From the human T2T-CHM13v2.0 reference genome, Homo sapiens, in the NCBI RefSeq assembly GCF_009914755.1, contig NC_060934.1: a DNA stretch of 64,000 nt. One strand, given 5' to 3'. A program made the translations under genes and the position numbers. Below the pieces are notes generated by a model. It had not been told where the DNA came from, did no database searches, and was given only the letters and a program-made list of their open reading frames with translations. Shown here piece after piece: positions 1 through 13,162 of the stretch (its first letter is position 1; every line of letters starts with the position of its first letter).

Positions 1-1615
1 AGAGCAGAGGTTTATTTGGATGGGTCATCTTGATAGATATAGGGCCGACTTAAGGATGGGCATGAGGAAGCCTGGAGGAAGGAGGCCTGCCAGAAGTCAC
101 CGCGGTCTGACCGGGAGGGTGACCAGCCAGGGAGGGGAGGGGCAGTGCAGGTGGCTTACCAGAAAATAGTTTCTAGAAAGATTTTACAAGTTCACTGAAT
201 GTTTCTTGGTCTCATTTGTTTTTTAAAAGTTCACACTCTTAAAAGCTTCCCTACATGCAAACTCCTGGGGAAGGCCTGATTTCATCTCTCTGGATCTCTT
301 GCCAGAAAGCCCTTTGGTGCCAGGTAATCTCATGCAGCCCAAGTACTTAAGGGTCTTGAGGACAGCTAAGCCCCAGAACAGTGGTTCAGGGGCACCCAGG
401 GAGTCTTCAAGCAGCCTGTCCATTAGGTGAAGAGGGGTGCAGAGATGGGTGTGGCTCGGAGCAACCCACATTGGGGTCCAAATCTGGGGCCTATTCTTTG
501 TTAATTTAGTGTCTGCTCAGACCTGAGAATTGTATTTGGCATCTTCAACTTCAAGGTGCATTTCCAGGCCAGTAAACCAGCATGATCAGTGCTGTAAAGC
601 AGGTCCAAGCTAGCTAAATTGAGCATCTTTAAAATACTCTTCACAAGAGATAAAGTATCATGTTGTAGGCAAAGTACTGAAAAAACATTCATTTTCTAGG
701 GCCCTAAAACATACTGTAAATAACAAACACATTCAAGGCAGTAAAGGGTTAACTCAAAACTAAAAACAGTTTTCTAAAATCAAAAGTAAAAACATTTGGT
801 GTTGGGTGGAAAAGTCTTGGGAAAGTTGTAGCTTTGGTTCCAACTGCTGTCTCCCCACCCCATTTTTAGCACTAGAACTTCTGAGCAATCAAATCCTCTC
901 CAGGAGACTCCCTGAGCCCTCGCTTCCCCGTGTTCAGACACAGGACCTCTTGAGCATGAGAGGGCTTTCAAGCACATGGCTTTCTTCCCGCATTTCTCCC
1001 GGTCTTCTGTACCCAGCTGAGATCTTCCTGTCTTGTGGATGTGTGATTTTGGTCTTTGTTTCCCAAATGAATAAAATCAAATGTTAGTGGCTGCCATCCA
1101 CACCAAATAACACCAAAACCTCATATGTTGTACTTGAGAAAATACAGGCAAGTGAGCTGAAAATGTTGAAGTTTCACCCAATGGTTAAAGAGGACTTAAA
1201 CTGCATTTGGGTCTTGTGAGTTAATGTAGGGCATCAGATCCCCGAAACTGGCAGGCCAGTTATCACTGTTATTAGCTAAGGGCTGGCTAATTTACTAGGC
1301 TTCAGCCAAAACCTTGGTGAAGCCCATAGTTTCTCCAGCATCCAGCTGTGCTGTGCTGAAGAACACAGGTTTGGAAAGAAGAGAGAACTACTACGAGCAC
1401 AGCAGGGTGCCCAGGCCAAGAGCGGCTTTTAAAATTAATGCCTGGTGGCATACTAAAGGTCCTCATGATAAGAATAGCTGCCACTAATTATGCCAAGTTC
1501 AAGGTTGGACACTTGGCTTGTCACCTCTACACCTTTAATAAGACTCGGGTTAGATGTTACTATGTTCGTTAGATGCAACTATGTTCGTTAGATGATGTTC
1601 AATTTCAAGACTTAC
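1..1615 (-). other. CXCL12: CXCL12 intron 2 (partial; exon 3 lies outside the window)
   Basis: Donor gtaagt at 1615-1610. The expected exon 3 peptide (ARLKNNNRQVCIDPKLKW) is not seen in 1-1615. Confidence 0.9.
1549..1600. repeat. 19-bp tandem repeat (~2.5 copies) at the start of CXCL12 intron 2
   Basis: GTTAGATG recurs at 1549, 1568 and 1587; the unit is GTTAGATG(TT/CA)ACTATGTTC. Confidence 0.9.
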
Positions 1616-1733
1616 ACAATCTGAAGGGCACAGTTTGGAGTGTTGAGAATTTTGAGATGCTTGACGTTGGCTCTGGCAACATGGCTTTCGAAGAATCGGC
1701 ATGGGCATCTGTAGCTCAGGCTGACGGGCTTCC
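1616..1733 (-). CDS. CXCL12: CXCL12 exon 2 (118 bp), encoding the mature chemokine N-terminus and CXC motif
   Basis: The reverse complement reads cttctag|GG AAG CCC GTC AGC CTG AGC TAC AGA TGC CCA TGC...CAG ATT GT|gtaagt, giving (G)[38 protein letters not shown](V). AG/GT sites are canonical and the phase matches exon 1. Confidence 0.99.
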
Positions 1734-4700
1734 CTAGAAGAGGTAAGGACAACAAGGCACTTTACTACCCTGCCAGATTTTGGTAATGTGTGTCTGGGCT
1801 GCAGCAGTTGGTGCAGCGATTAAGGATCAAGAGACGGCATCACTGGGGTAAGTTCCAGGTTACTGGTGTATGTTGGGAAAGGCCATCTCCTCAGGCAACA
1901 CAGTGAGTGCTGGCTGAGCTCAGGCTCAGCTTCTACAGGGCAAGGAGCCCAACAGGCCTGGGGAGAGCCGGAGCCTAGATGAGGGGGGAGATTAAATTAG
2001 AAGCCACCTGCTCAGTGTCTCAAGATAAAGGTAGTAATTATAGTAGATAACGGTTTCAGTCCAAGGTACTGAAATTTCCAGTTACTCTTTGTAAAAAAAA
2101 TTCCTCAAGGGACAACTGAGAAAGATCTCCCTACTCAGGGAAAAGAAAGGGGGACAAGAGGCTCCAGGCTCCCTGGCCTCTCTCCTCTGGCACAGGCCTC
2201 TAGCCAGGAAGCACAGTAGTACTCAGGAATGCTGCCCTCCCCCACCCCAGAGACCCCTCCTCACATTCACCTAAAGCTCTGGAAGGCACAAAAGAATCCT
2301 GGCTGGCTTCCTACCTGTGAGTCCCCTGAGAGCAGGCCAAGGACCCACCTTCTGCCCAGCACTTTCCCCAAGGCTTAGAGATTAGTGGAGCTGGAGTTAA
2401 ATGTGGTTTTCATTGCCTAGGCAGGGATGCTGTAGCCTCAGGAATTGTATTAAGATCTTTGCAAAATCACCAATTTACAAAATGCCATAATTGACACTCA
2501 TTAGTGTAAATTAGCAAGGGGCTCCTGCAGAACCCACTGCTCACCCTTTAAATATAGGATTGCAAGCCCTGGAGGGCTGGGATTTGTGTGTGCTTTTTGT
2601 TTTTCTTTTTTCCTTGAAGATTTTATCCAAGCCCCACTTAATACCCCAAATTATTTGAACTTGTGGATCCTTTCATCAGAGATTAAATATATGTCTAAGA
2701 ATATTTGGTCCAGAGATTTTTTTTCTTTTTTCTTTTTTTTTAAGTTTGCCTGTTTACAAAGTTCTGAGAGACCTCTGTGGTTCTGAAATTCTGCACCTTT
2801 GGGAAAGAATGCTGGGGAAGTAGGAGGAAATCTTGAGTAAGGGGCTCATTTTATTTTATTTTTTCTACAGACTGCAATCAATTGAGGGATGATGTGGACT
2901 AGGAATTGCATTGTGTATTCAGCCACCAAGTTGCAGGAAAAGTGGACCACTTGTCCCCCCACTTCCTTGTCCCCAGGACCAAATGCAACTCCCTGAAAAC
3001 CAGGAAAAAGCCAAGCATCAGGGTGCTGGTGACTCATGGCACTGGAGAGACCTAAAGCAGCCTTCACAGTTACACCTGATCTAACTCCAGAAAGGCACCT
3101 CTGGGGCCAGCTTCCAGCAGCTGCACTGGGACCCTGCAGGGGAAGTCAGCACTGCACTGTAACCAGATCACCTGGGAAAGCCACCCCCAGGGCCGGGGCC
3201 TGCAGCCTGGGTAACTGAGGAGCTAAACGCTCCTGAGTGTTGTGCCTCCAGGTTTCCCTGGATTTCTTTTGGGCCCTTCCAAGCTGAGGCAGGGGGTGGG
3301 TTGGGGGTGGAGCAGGAGAATAGGAGGCCGGTAGTGAGGCACAAGCCCCCTCCCGGCAACAGTGAGCTTGAAGATATGCAGCCAAGGGCAAGTGCTGCAG
3401 CCGCCCCCGCTGGGATGGGTGGGGCTGTGACTCTCCAGCGCCCAGAGGAGAGAAGCTCCTCTGGCCCCCCAACCAAGCAGTGGTGATGAGGCCAGAAATC
3501 AGAGCCTATTCAGAGCTCAACACACAGGCTCTCTCTCCTCTCCCCCTCCACCCCCTGGGATTATCCATTTCCTTCAAAAGCAATTCTTGCTTCTACTCCC
3601 AGGACCTAAGGCCCGCCTGTCAAGCAGCGAATTTCAACAGGTCTTTTTAAAGTGACAGAGCCCCCAGGTGTGCTTACCAAAAGAACATGGTCTCGTGTGT
3701 ACCTCATGTGCTCCTTCCTCCAGCTTTTTGTCAGTAAGACTAACTTTCCCAACCGTTCTGGATGTAAATCCGTGTACCGGCAAGAGTCCTGACTGGCTCT
3801 GATGGTACCCCGGATTTGGGACCGGGTGAGCTTGGCTCCAGGAGTTTTCAGAAAGCCCTCCAGTCTAATGCAGAGACAGGAGCCCAGCTGGCCCCTCCAA
3901 GCAGGCTTGGGAAGGGGGCCCACCCTGAGTTTAAGCCCGGGAAACCCAAGGGCCCAGCTGCCTGACGGAAGTCAGCCAATGGGGGAGGGGCAGGACCCCT
4001 GGCCAAGCTCTCTCTGTAGTGCAGCTTGAGGACTAAGTGTGGGGATAGGGGGCACATAGGCACTGTGAGGTGAGGGGAAAACAAAACAAAACAAAACATT
4101 CTGGCGATGTGTGTAAGGAGCAGATCTGCCTGGAGCCCAGGCTCCTGCCCTGGTTACTTGGCTGCCAATGGGGCAACTCTGAGGGCCATGTCACCCTTCC
4201 CAGGCCAGGAGGAGTCTGGGATGAACCCCACGTCTCTGTGCTTCCCCCAGGTCAGTTGCACCCATAACTCAAAGACCGAGGTTCCTCATTCCAATCCTCT
4301 CTCCAGCCCTCCGGGGAGGGGGCAGCACCATTTCCCAGAGCGGCGCACTGTGACACCTCCGCGCTCATCCCACCAATCAGTCAATAACTGCCCAAACCAG
4401 AGACCTTACAGGAACAGAAGAATATCCAGCAATAAAAACTAGAAACATGCCCCATGACTTGCGGCGGGGGGGGGGGGGGGGTCAGTGTGCAGACACAGCC
4501 TCAGGGACTTTTCATCAACGACGAACATTCCCAATTGCCTTCAGTCTGTGTCCTTAACACTTAGGCAGTCCGCCACGACCCCAGGCTGCCCAGCTTCTCC
4601 AGCCCGACTCAGCTGCGCTGGTCCTGCTCACACCAGCGCACAGTCCAAGCCAGCTAGGACGCCGGGGCCACGTCTGCACCAACCCAGCCAAGGGCTCGAG

Positions 4701-5801
4701 GCGCGCTGGGCCTGCACAGCCCGCGGCTGCAAGAGCACTCAGAGTGTCCTTCAACTCTTTGCAGGAAACTTCACAGCCAAGGAAGCTCAGCGGCCTGAGC
4801 CACAGGGTTTTGTTTTGTGTGTTCAGAGGCAACAGTTTATTTTGGTTTGCATCGGTGTCCTGTGACAGCGCAGCGAGTTTCTCTTCAGCGAAAGAAAAGA
4901 AAAAAGCCCTCTCCCAGTGAAACGGGACACCACGGTTCCCAGTGGCCCAGGGCCTTGGAGATTGAACTTTGCTGCAGCTCTCATTCTGGGGCAAAGCGCT
5001 TGGCCAGCTGGTGACAAAAGAGCCTGTCTGCAGGTGTGTTTGGGGAGCTGGGGAGGGGGCGTGTGAGGCTCGGAGGGTCCCTGGGCCTCTCTCAGGTGAA
5101 CCCGAGAAGAGACAGGAAGACAGCGGCTGGACGCGCGCCCAGGTCCGCGTCGCTGCGGACCGCGGAGCTGTGCAGAAGCGCGGCCTGGCGGGTGGCACAA
5201 GCCCGACAGCTGCGCCGCGCAGCCCGCCCGCGCCTGGCCAAGAGCCCCGCGAGGGTGTGGGGAGAGGATCGGCTTCGCAGGGAGCGGAGGCTGCGCGGCT
5301 GCATCGGACCTCACAGCCTCAAGTCGCGGCATGAGGCGAACTTTGCAAAGCGCGCTCTCGCCATGCACCGCCCGACCTCCAGCACTGTGCGCAGCAGGAC
5401 CTCGGAGCCCATTCGCCTGTGGAAACCGAGCCCGCAGCGGGAAGGCAGTGGGTGGAGGGTGGGCAGGCAGGGGTCTGGGGTCCGCGGCTCCCCACCCTCG
5501 CGCCTTCCCGCGCCAGTCCCGAACGCTCTCTTGGGGCGTTCCTGCCCAGTTGTCCCGGCTGACCTCGCTCTGCAGCCAGCTTGAGGTCAGGCGGTCGCTC
5601 TCTGCAGGTCACAAACCCTCGGCGCAAAAGTAGGGCTTTGAACGCGACACCGCACCAGAGCGCCCAGCTAAGCGAGCTGCCTCCACCCCCACTGTGTCGG
5701 GCGGCGCAAACTGCGGGCGCAGGCAGAGGAGCCGCGGCTCTGCGCCGGGCGGGAGCCGAAGCCCAGAGCCTCGCCAGGGCCTCCCCGCCGAGCGCACTTA
5801 C
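1734..5801 (-). other. CXCL12: CXCL12 intron 1 (phase 1, GT-AG)
   Basis: Starts gtaagt at 5801 and ends ccttacctcttctag at 1734 on the minus strand. Confidence 0.97.
4466..4481 (+). repeat. Poly-G run (16 nt) in intron 1
   Basis: Read directly from the sequence. Confidence 0.95.
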
Positions 5802-5862
5802 CGTCGCTGAGGCAGAGCGCGGTCAGCACGAGGACCAGCACGACCACGACCTTGGCGTTCAT
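5802..5862 (-). CDS. CXCL12: CXCL12 exon 1 coding part (61 bp), signal peptide
   Basis: cgcgccATG AAC GCC AAG... encodes MNAKVVVVLVLVLTALCLSD(G), followed by the donor G|gtaagt. The peptide is visible inside ORF 5668..6099(-). Confidence 0.99.
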
Positions 5863-6035
5863 GGCGCGGGCGGGCGGGCGGGCGGGCGGACGAGCGCGGG
5901 TCGGGGGCCGGACGCCGAGCGGGCAATGCGGCTGACGGAGAGTGAAAGTGCGGCGGTGGGAGGCGCGCGCCGGGCGCTTTAGAGGGGAGAGCCAGGCGGG
6001 GCGGGGCGGGGCGCGCGGTGAGGGGCGGGCCCGGA
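5863..6035 (-). promoter_or_regulatory. CXCL12: CXCL12 5' UTR and core promoter: Inr-like start near 5950, non-canonical TATA, Sp/KLF GC boxes
   Basis: Minus-strand GCACTTTCACTCT (Inr-like) at ~5951-5939 and TCTAAAG at 5983-5977, about 30 bp upstream. Overlapping GGGGCGGGGC boxes at 5995-6012 and 6022-6030. The TSS position is inferred. Confidence 0.85.
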
Positions 6036-6732
6036 GCCGAGTGCTGGCCGTGGCCGGGGTCTCTGACGCGCGACTCCCTCGGCGGCACCCCCCACCCATC
6101 CCCTTCGCCCCTCCTCCGCTCCCTCTGTGCTCCCGAGGCGCAGTGCGCTCCGGCCTTTGACCTTCTCAGGCTCCGCTGGGCCCCGCACCGCTGGCCCGGT
6201 CTGCAGTGAGGTCCGCAGCCTGAGCGACGCCGGCTGGAGGGCCGCTTATTGTCCCTGTGACAGGGCCCCACTGGAGAGACTGAGGACCTTAGGCGTAAAG
6301 TGGGGCGCGCGTGGAAAGCTGCGGGACGGGGCCTTTCGATGGCGGGAACTGAATGAGAACCAATGAAAAGCAAACAAGTTAGTCCCGGGCGGAGGGCCTG
6401 CTGGCGGTGGCGGCCCAAGGCAGCCGAGGGGGTCCTGCTTTCTGTGCGTGGGGGCTCAAGCTCGCCACCTGCCCGGCTTGCGGCGCAGCCGCCGGCAGAG
6501 CTCGATCTGCGGGAATGAGACCCGTCTTTGCAGTCAGCGTGGCTCGGACTCCAAGCCCACGGCGCCACCAGCCGAGCCTCAGTTTCCTCGCCTGTACAAA
6601 CAAAGCAGAAGGCGCCGGCGGCTCTCAGTAAAAGCGAATGTAGCCTTTGTACTTCCGACCTCTCAATGGTGAAATGAGCTAATCACAGGCCCACCCCGCG
6701 GAGTGGGACGGGAGATTCAATGAGACCCGCCC

Positions 6733-6737
6733 CACGC
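6733..6737 (-). promoter_or_regulatory. Candidate hypoxia response element core (GCGTG), about 780 bp upstream of the TSS
   Basis: cacgc on the plus strand. The distance matches my recollection of the proximal of two reported HIF-1 sites in the human SDF-1 promoter; the 5-mer alone is weak evidence. Confidence 0.5.
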
Positions 6738-7187
6738 CGCGAAATTCTCTGCATCGTGTCTGACAAGCAGACAGTACTCAATAAATGGTAGCTGTAAGTA
6801 AGTCCTTTAAACCTAAGTACTTACTGCCTTACCCAAGAAAAGCTCCGTGCGACCCAAAGAGCTGAGAACTCCCCCACCCCGACCTCCGACTCCTAGGACA
6901 GTACTACTGGCGTCTGCCTTCTGGGTCCAGAAAACTCTTCCCACGGAGCCGTCCCTCGGCGGTGCTTAGCCCTCCGGATACCCCCGAGACATCCCAGATG
7001 GCCCCAGTCCGGTGGCGAAGGGAGGGTGCAGGTCGGCACCCAGGAGGCGTGGGGGTGAGGAGAGCGCCCCTTTGGGCCTCGCTTTGTGACCGCAGGCTGC
7101 CCCAGCCACCTCTCTGTGTCCTTCCCAGCACAGCGTCCAGCGAAGTGGGGTCAGTCGCCGCGTCCATCCAGGGGCCTGCCCTGGGGA

Positions 7188-7192
7188 CACGT
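7188..7192 (-). promoter_or_regulatory. Candidate hypoxia response element core (ACGTG), about 1240 bp upstream of the TSS
   Basis: cacgt on the plus strand within gggacacgtccc. The distance matches my recollection of the distal reported HIF-1 site. Confidence 0.6.
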
Positions 7193-7367
7193 CCCTGTCC
7201 CTGGGGAGTCCTGGCCGTCGGGGAGTGGGCGGTCAGCGGCTGCATTAGGCGGGAGCGGTCAACAGGAGGCTGCGAGGGCTCCGGAACTCCGCTGGTGGGA
7301 GTAGGTGTCTTCTGTGCATTTTTTTTCCAAAACCACTTTGGCCGTTAGATGGCTGTGGGCCGGCACT

Positions 7368-7417
7368 CCATCCATCCATCCATCCATCCATCCATCCATC
7401 CACCCACCCACCCACCC
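7368..7417 (+). repeat. (TCCA)n/(CCCA)n microsatellite in the upstream promoter
   Basis: Read directly from the sequence. Confidence 0.95.
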
Positions 7418-7579
7418 TGGGCACTGGGCTTGGAGCCGGGAACCCCACTGACTTGGCCCTGCTCTTAAAGAACTGAAGGCAGTGAGGTCCAGTGAAGAAG
7501 GCAGCCGTCGGGCGTCCCCAGGCCTTTGCTGGGCTGGGCCGGGGAGCCTGGCCGCTCACCGGCCGCAGCGCTGGGGCTC

Positions 7580-7598
7580 CGGCGCCCTCTGGTGGCGG
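7580..7598 (-). promoter_or_regulatory. CTCF core motif
   Basis: Minus-strand CCGCCACCAGAGGGCGCCG fully matches the CCASYAGRKGGCRS consensus. Confidence 0.75.
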
Positions 7599-8270
7599 CG
7601 CCTCCCTCCCCGCTCCCAGAGCTCTGGCCAGCTCCATTCCTGCGCAGCTGATGAAACCCGGGAGGGCGAAGGGGTCCGCGGGAAATCTACACCCGGGTGG
7701 AGGGGCGCCCTGGAGCTCGGAGATCCGACCCTGCGGGAGCCGCGCGCAGCCTCGCTTGCCCTTAAATCTGGCCAAAGCAAACGCCATCGCCTCTCGCTTC
7801 TTCTTCTTCTTTTTTTCTTTGCCACAAAATCAGGTGGGCAGCTGGACCTAGGATCTGTCCCAGAAGCCTGAAAGGCCCGCGTGGGCTGAGTCGAGGGCGA
7901 ACCAGGGATTCAGGCCTGGCCGCTGCCCCTCCCGCAGGCGCCCTGAGGCCCCAGAACAGAAGCTAGTGTGGCACCCATGGGGCCATCCCTTCCGCTAGTC
8001 GTTCGTTAAATACTTACTGAGCACCCACTATGTGCTAGACCTGGGCTACATGTTTGAAGTAGTTTAGAAAAGGCACTAAACGTTTAGAAGCACATGGCGC
8101 TAAGCATAAGTAATTACGCATAAAATACTTAGAAGGCCATTAAATGCTAGGGGAAGATGGAGCAGAGGAAAGTGGGGTGGGAGTTAGGATTTTAAATAGG
8201 GTGGCCAAGGATCCATATTTTAGGTACAAGCCTCACAATTTTACAATTGGCGATTGAAATTTAAAACCCT

Positions 8271-8738
<468 letters not shown>

Positions 8739-10498
8739 TCAGCGAAGTTCCCCACCCCTTTCCCTGTGTCCTTTGCTTATGCTTATGCTCAAAAGGCTCC
8801 ACCTTTCTTTCTCTGCCTGGGGACTCTTACTCCCCATAGAGCCCCACCTTCTCCTGAAGTCTTCAGACTCTGTGCCGCTCTACCAGGTAATGCAGGGCAC
8901 AGCGGCTCCTCAGGGATGCCTTGTTAAGCACAGTTCAAGGTGGGAGGCAGGGGTCTGGCTGCTGAGTTAAAGGCAGGGCATCTCCTGAGCTGGCATGTGT
9001 GCTATGGTCTCTAGACCCCTAGGCAGCATCTGCCTACCCCCCTCTGCCTGGCCTGGGCCGTTCACTCCTCCAGGGCCCAACGGCTGGGCCTGCAAGAGGG
9101 TTCCCAGTAGGGATTGAAGGTTTACACTAAATCCATGTTGTACAGTGTGTAATTGACAAGGTGACTTCAGGTGGTACTCTGAAATCTATAAAATATAGAT
9201 TTATGTATTTATTTTTTTAAAGTAATAAGAAAAAATATAACTAGCACAGTAAAGGCAGATATTTCAGATATTGCTCAGGTTTTTTTTTTAATATATGGTT
9301 CAAGTTTTAAAAAGTAAGTCAATTGAAGCTAACATAGCAAGTGCTAGTCTAGGTGGCTGGAGACATAGCAAAAATTTTGACAGCAATACAAATAGATCTG
9401 AAATTTGAAAACCTTTTCTACATGAAGAATATTTTTTGTATTACTTGACACCCTCCCACCGCAATCCCCCTCTTGAAATAAGTATTTGGCTCCAAAGTGC
9501 TGAAACATAAAATCACACAAGGGAGGCACGATGTCTTCCTCACTTGCCTGCCAGGTGAGGCTGGAGAACGCTGGTCCAGGAGCGCTCAGGTCATAGGAAG
9601 ACTGTGGGGCCCTATGGGATCCCTGGATACCCTTGGCCCTGCCACCCCTCCAGGAGTGCTCCTCTCCCAGCTCCCGTGCAGTCCTGGAGGGACCCCTCCC
9701 AACCACCCACATCTGCCCTCACTCCTTTGGCACCTGGCCCTGGGGTTCAGGAGCAGATGGCCTATTCCAGGAACCAGGAAGCCCGGTGAGGAAGACAAAT
9801 CCTCACCGCCTTGCTGATGTCATCTGTGCAGCAGGTACATTAGCTGACATGGTGGATTTGGTCAGTGTGAAACCACTTGGCCCAGAGAAGGCCCTTAGGA
9901 AGATACTGAACAGTGGACTTACATAGGACTTTAGTTTGCCTTCTTTGAATTTGTCAATTTGGTACTTTCAAAGACCGAGCTTGCAGTATAAGCCCCACTG
10001 TCTCAGCTTTGAAGACATGGAACCCAAGTCTCCATGGGCTCTGAGCCCAAGGCTCAGAGTTGAGGGCCTCGGCCAACATGACAGAGCCAGGCAGGAGCAA
10101 GGGTACATCTCTCTGGGGCCAACGTCTCTGGATCCTGGAACATCAGCCAGGTCCTGAAAGCACTCTTGGGGACATAAGTCACTCCCATGGCAGTCATCCA
10201 GGGAGCCTTTTGGAATCCCGTACCCAGGGCCAGGACTTGGCATTTGACCAGCTGGCCATGTTTTTCCTGTCTAGATCCCCACTGGCCTCAAGAGCCAGTT
10301 GCAAACAGCCCCAGGCTGCCCTAGAGGGAAGGACCCCTGGGAGGCAGAGCTGATCCCCACTGGTTCTGGGCACATGTGTGGGCAAGCAAGGCTTACCGTC
10401 AGGGTATGTGCACGTCTAGCAGGCCAGGACTTCTGTCTGAGCAGGCTCTGCCCAAAGACTTCCTTGCTGGACAGTGCTGAGGCAGGGGGATCTGAGAA

Positions 10499-11617
<1,119 letters not shown>

Positions 11618-12143
11618 GTTGGTATTTCCTGGGACATTCCCCGGGACTGTCGGACTACCAGGGCTCATAGGGCAAATCAGACCCAAGGCCCCAGGGGTTC
11701 AGATCTGTGCTCCCAGTCCCCACACCAGTTCCCAGGAACCAAGTAGTGAACCCTTCCTGTGCTCAGTCACCACAGTCAGGCCTGGATTCCTTCTGCCTCC
11801 CTTTCCTAGCCCCACCCCTCTCTCCTATTCCCCTTGCCTCTGGGCAGACTGGACTCAGCAGCTGGGGATCCACTGAAGGTTCTCATACTGGAGTATACAT
11901 CAGTTCCTACCTATCAGAAACCCCAGAGTGTGCACACTGAGAGTGTGAACAGCATTGACACTGGAGTCACCCTGTGCTGCGTGCCTTCTGTCACCTTTCT
12001 CCTTGCATCTAGCTGATGAGGTGGGTTCAATGGCAAGGCCATTCCCTGAAATAAGGGACAGAGATCACAAAACTATTATTTGTCAGGGATGGAGTTTAAA
12101 TCCACTCTGAAGTAGGGCTGTTCCTGGTGAAGGAGAAAGAGCT

Positions 12144-12360
12144 GGTTTGCCACATAAAACACAGCATGCCCAGTTATGTTTGAATTTCACAAAAAAGCAA
12201 GGGATTTTGTGTATTTGTTTTTTGTTTGTTTGTTTCTTTTTGTTTTTAAGTATCAGTGTGTCCCAAACATTGCATGGGGCATGGGGCATACTTATTAAAA
12301 AGAATTATCAGTGTTTGTTTGAAATTCAGGTTTAACGGAGCATCCTGTATTTTCATTTGC
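12144..12360. mobile_element. MER53 palindromic non-autonomous DNA transposon (MITE-like)
   Basis: Inverted arms (atgcccagttatgtttgaatttca / tgaaattcaggtttaacggagcat) and a central gtcccaaacattgcatggggcat...catactta resemble the MER53 consensus. Confidence 0.8.
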
Positions 12361-13162
12361 AGAGTCTATGCTTGTCACATTGCCACAGCCCCCCGCCTTG
12401 TGGTCTTCTGCCTGAACCTTCAGAACATGTGGTTGAGGTTGGGAAGGGAAGTTATGGAGTCACTTTTTTTTTTCATTGAGAGGATTTCTTGAGTTTTATT
12501 AACACAGAGATGCTAGAAAGTGGTGCATGAAAGCAATATAGGAATGATCTTTTCTTGTTCTTCTTTCTGGGTTGAGCAGTGTAACACAGCACCTGCCCCA
12601 ACCCTACCCTTCCAGAAATAGTCCTGGCCATGCCTGAAGCAAGGTTAGGCAGGTCTCTTATCCCCAATATCACCAGCCCTGCTCTTCCTCTGGTCCCGGC
12701 AGATGTGTATGATGCCCAGCTACTGACACTCTTTCCATCTATTTCAGGTGGGTGAGCTGTGGGTGGAGAAGGAGGGGAGAAATATCTCAGGGAAGAGGGC
12801 CACGTGAGCAATATCCTGGGCTGGTGGGATTCTGCAGGAGAGGAAAGAGCTCAAGAGCTGCTGTGGGTTGTAAAGGAGGAGCTGGGTCTGCTGCCTGCAC
12901 AGATGGTCCCTTCCAATTAGAAAAGCCAGGATTCCAGCTCCACTGGCCCTCCTTGTTTGGAAGAGGAGTTTTTACTTCTTTCTCCACCCTACATCCCTGT
13001 GGCGGGGTGTCTGTAGTCTTACTGCATGGATGATCTGAACTGGGCTGTACACAGAGGCTACTGAGAGAGGCTTTCAAGGCTGAGTGCAAATGCGGGCTTC
13101 ACCAGCAGCCTGGCCTAGGGGATGTAAGTGGGAGATGGACTCAGGTGGGGATACCTCTGAGG

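Larger units (their letters stand above)
4570..7950. promoter_or_regulatory. CpG island spanning the CXCL12 promoter, exon 1 and proximal intron 1
   Basis: Very high GC and CpG density relative to the flanks; boundaries estimated by eye. Confidence 0.9.

Noticed and set aside
1549-1600. CRISPR-like or other repeat-spacer array
   Set aside because: The units are contiguous with no unique spacers, the context is a eukaryotic intron and no cas genes are present.
3400-3416. CTCF-like CCAGCGGGGGCG in intron 1
   Set aside because: One base short in the core and a poor fit to the consensus.
4485-7871. Many long overlapping ORFs (up to 256 aa) on both strands
   Set aside because: They arise from stop-codon scarcity in the CpG island and have low-complexity R/P/A/G translations; only the CXCL12 signal-peptide exon is recognisable.
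9100-9480. AT-rich island, possibly a hAT-type MER relic
   Set aside because: I could not establish terminal inverted repeats or a family.
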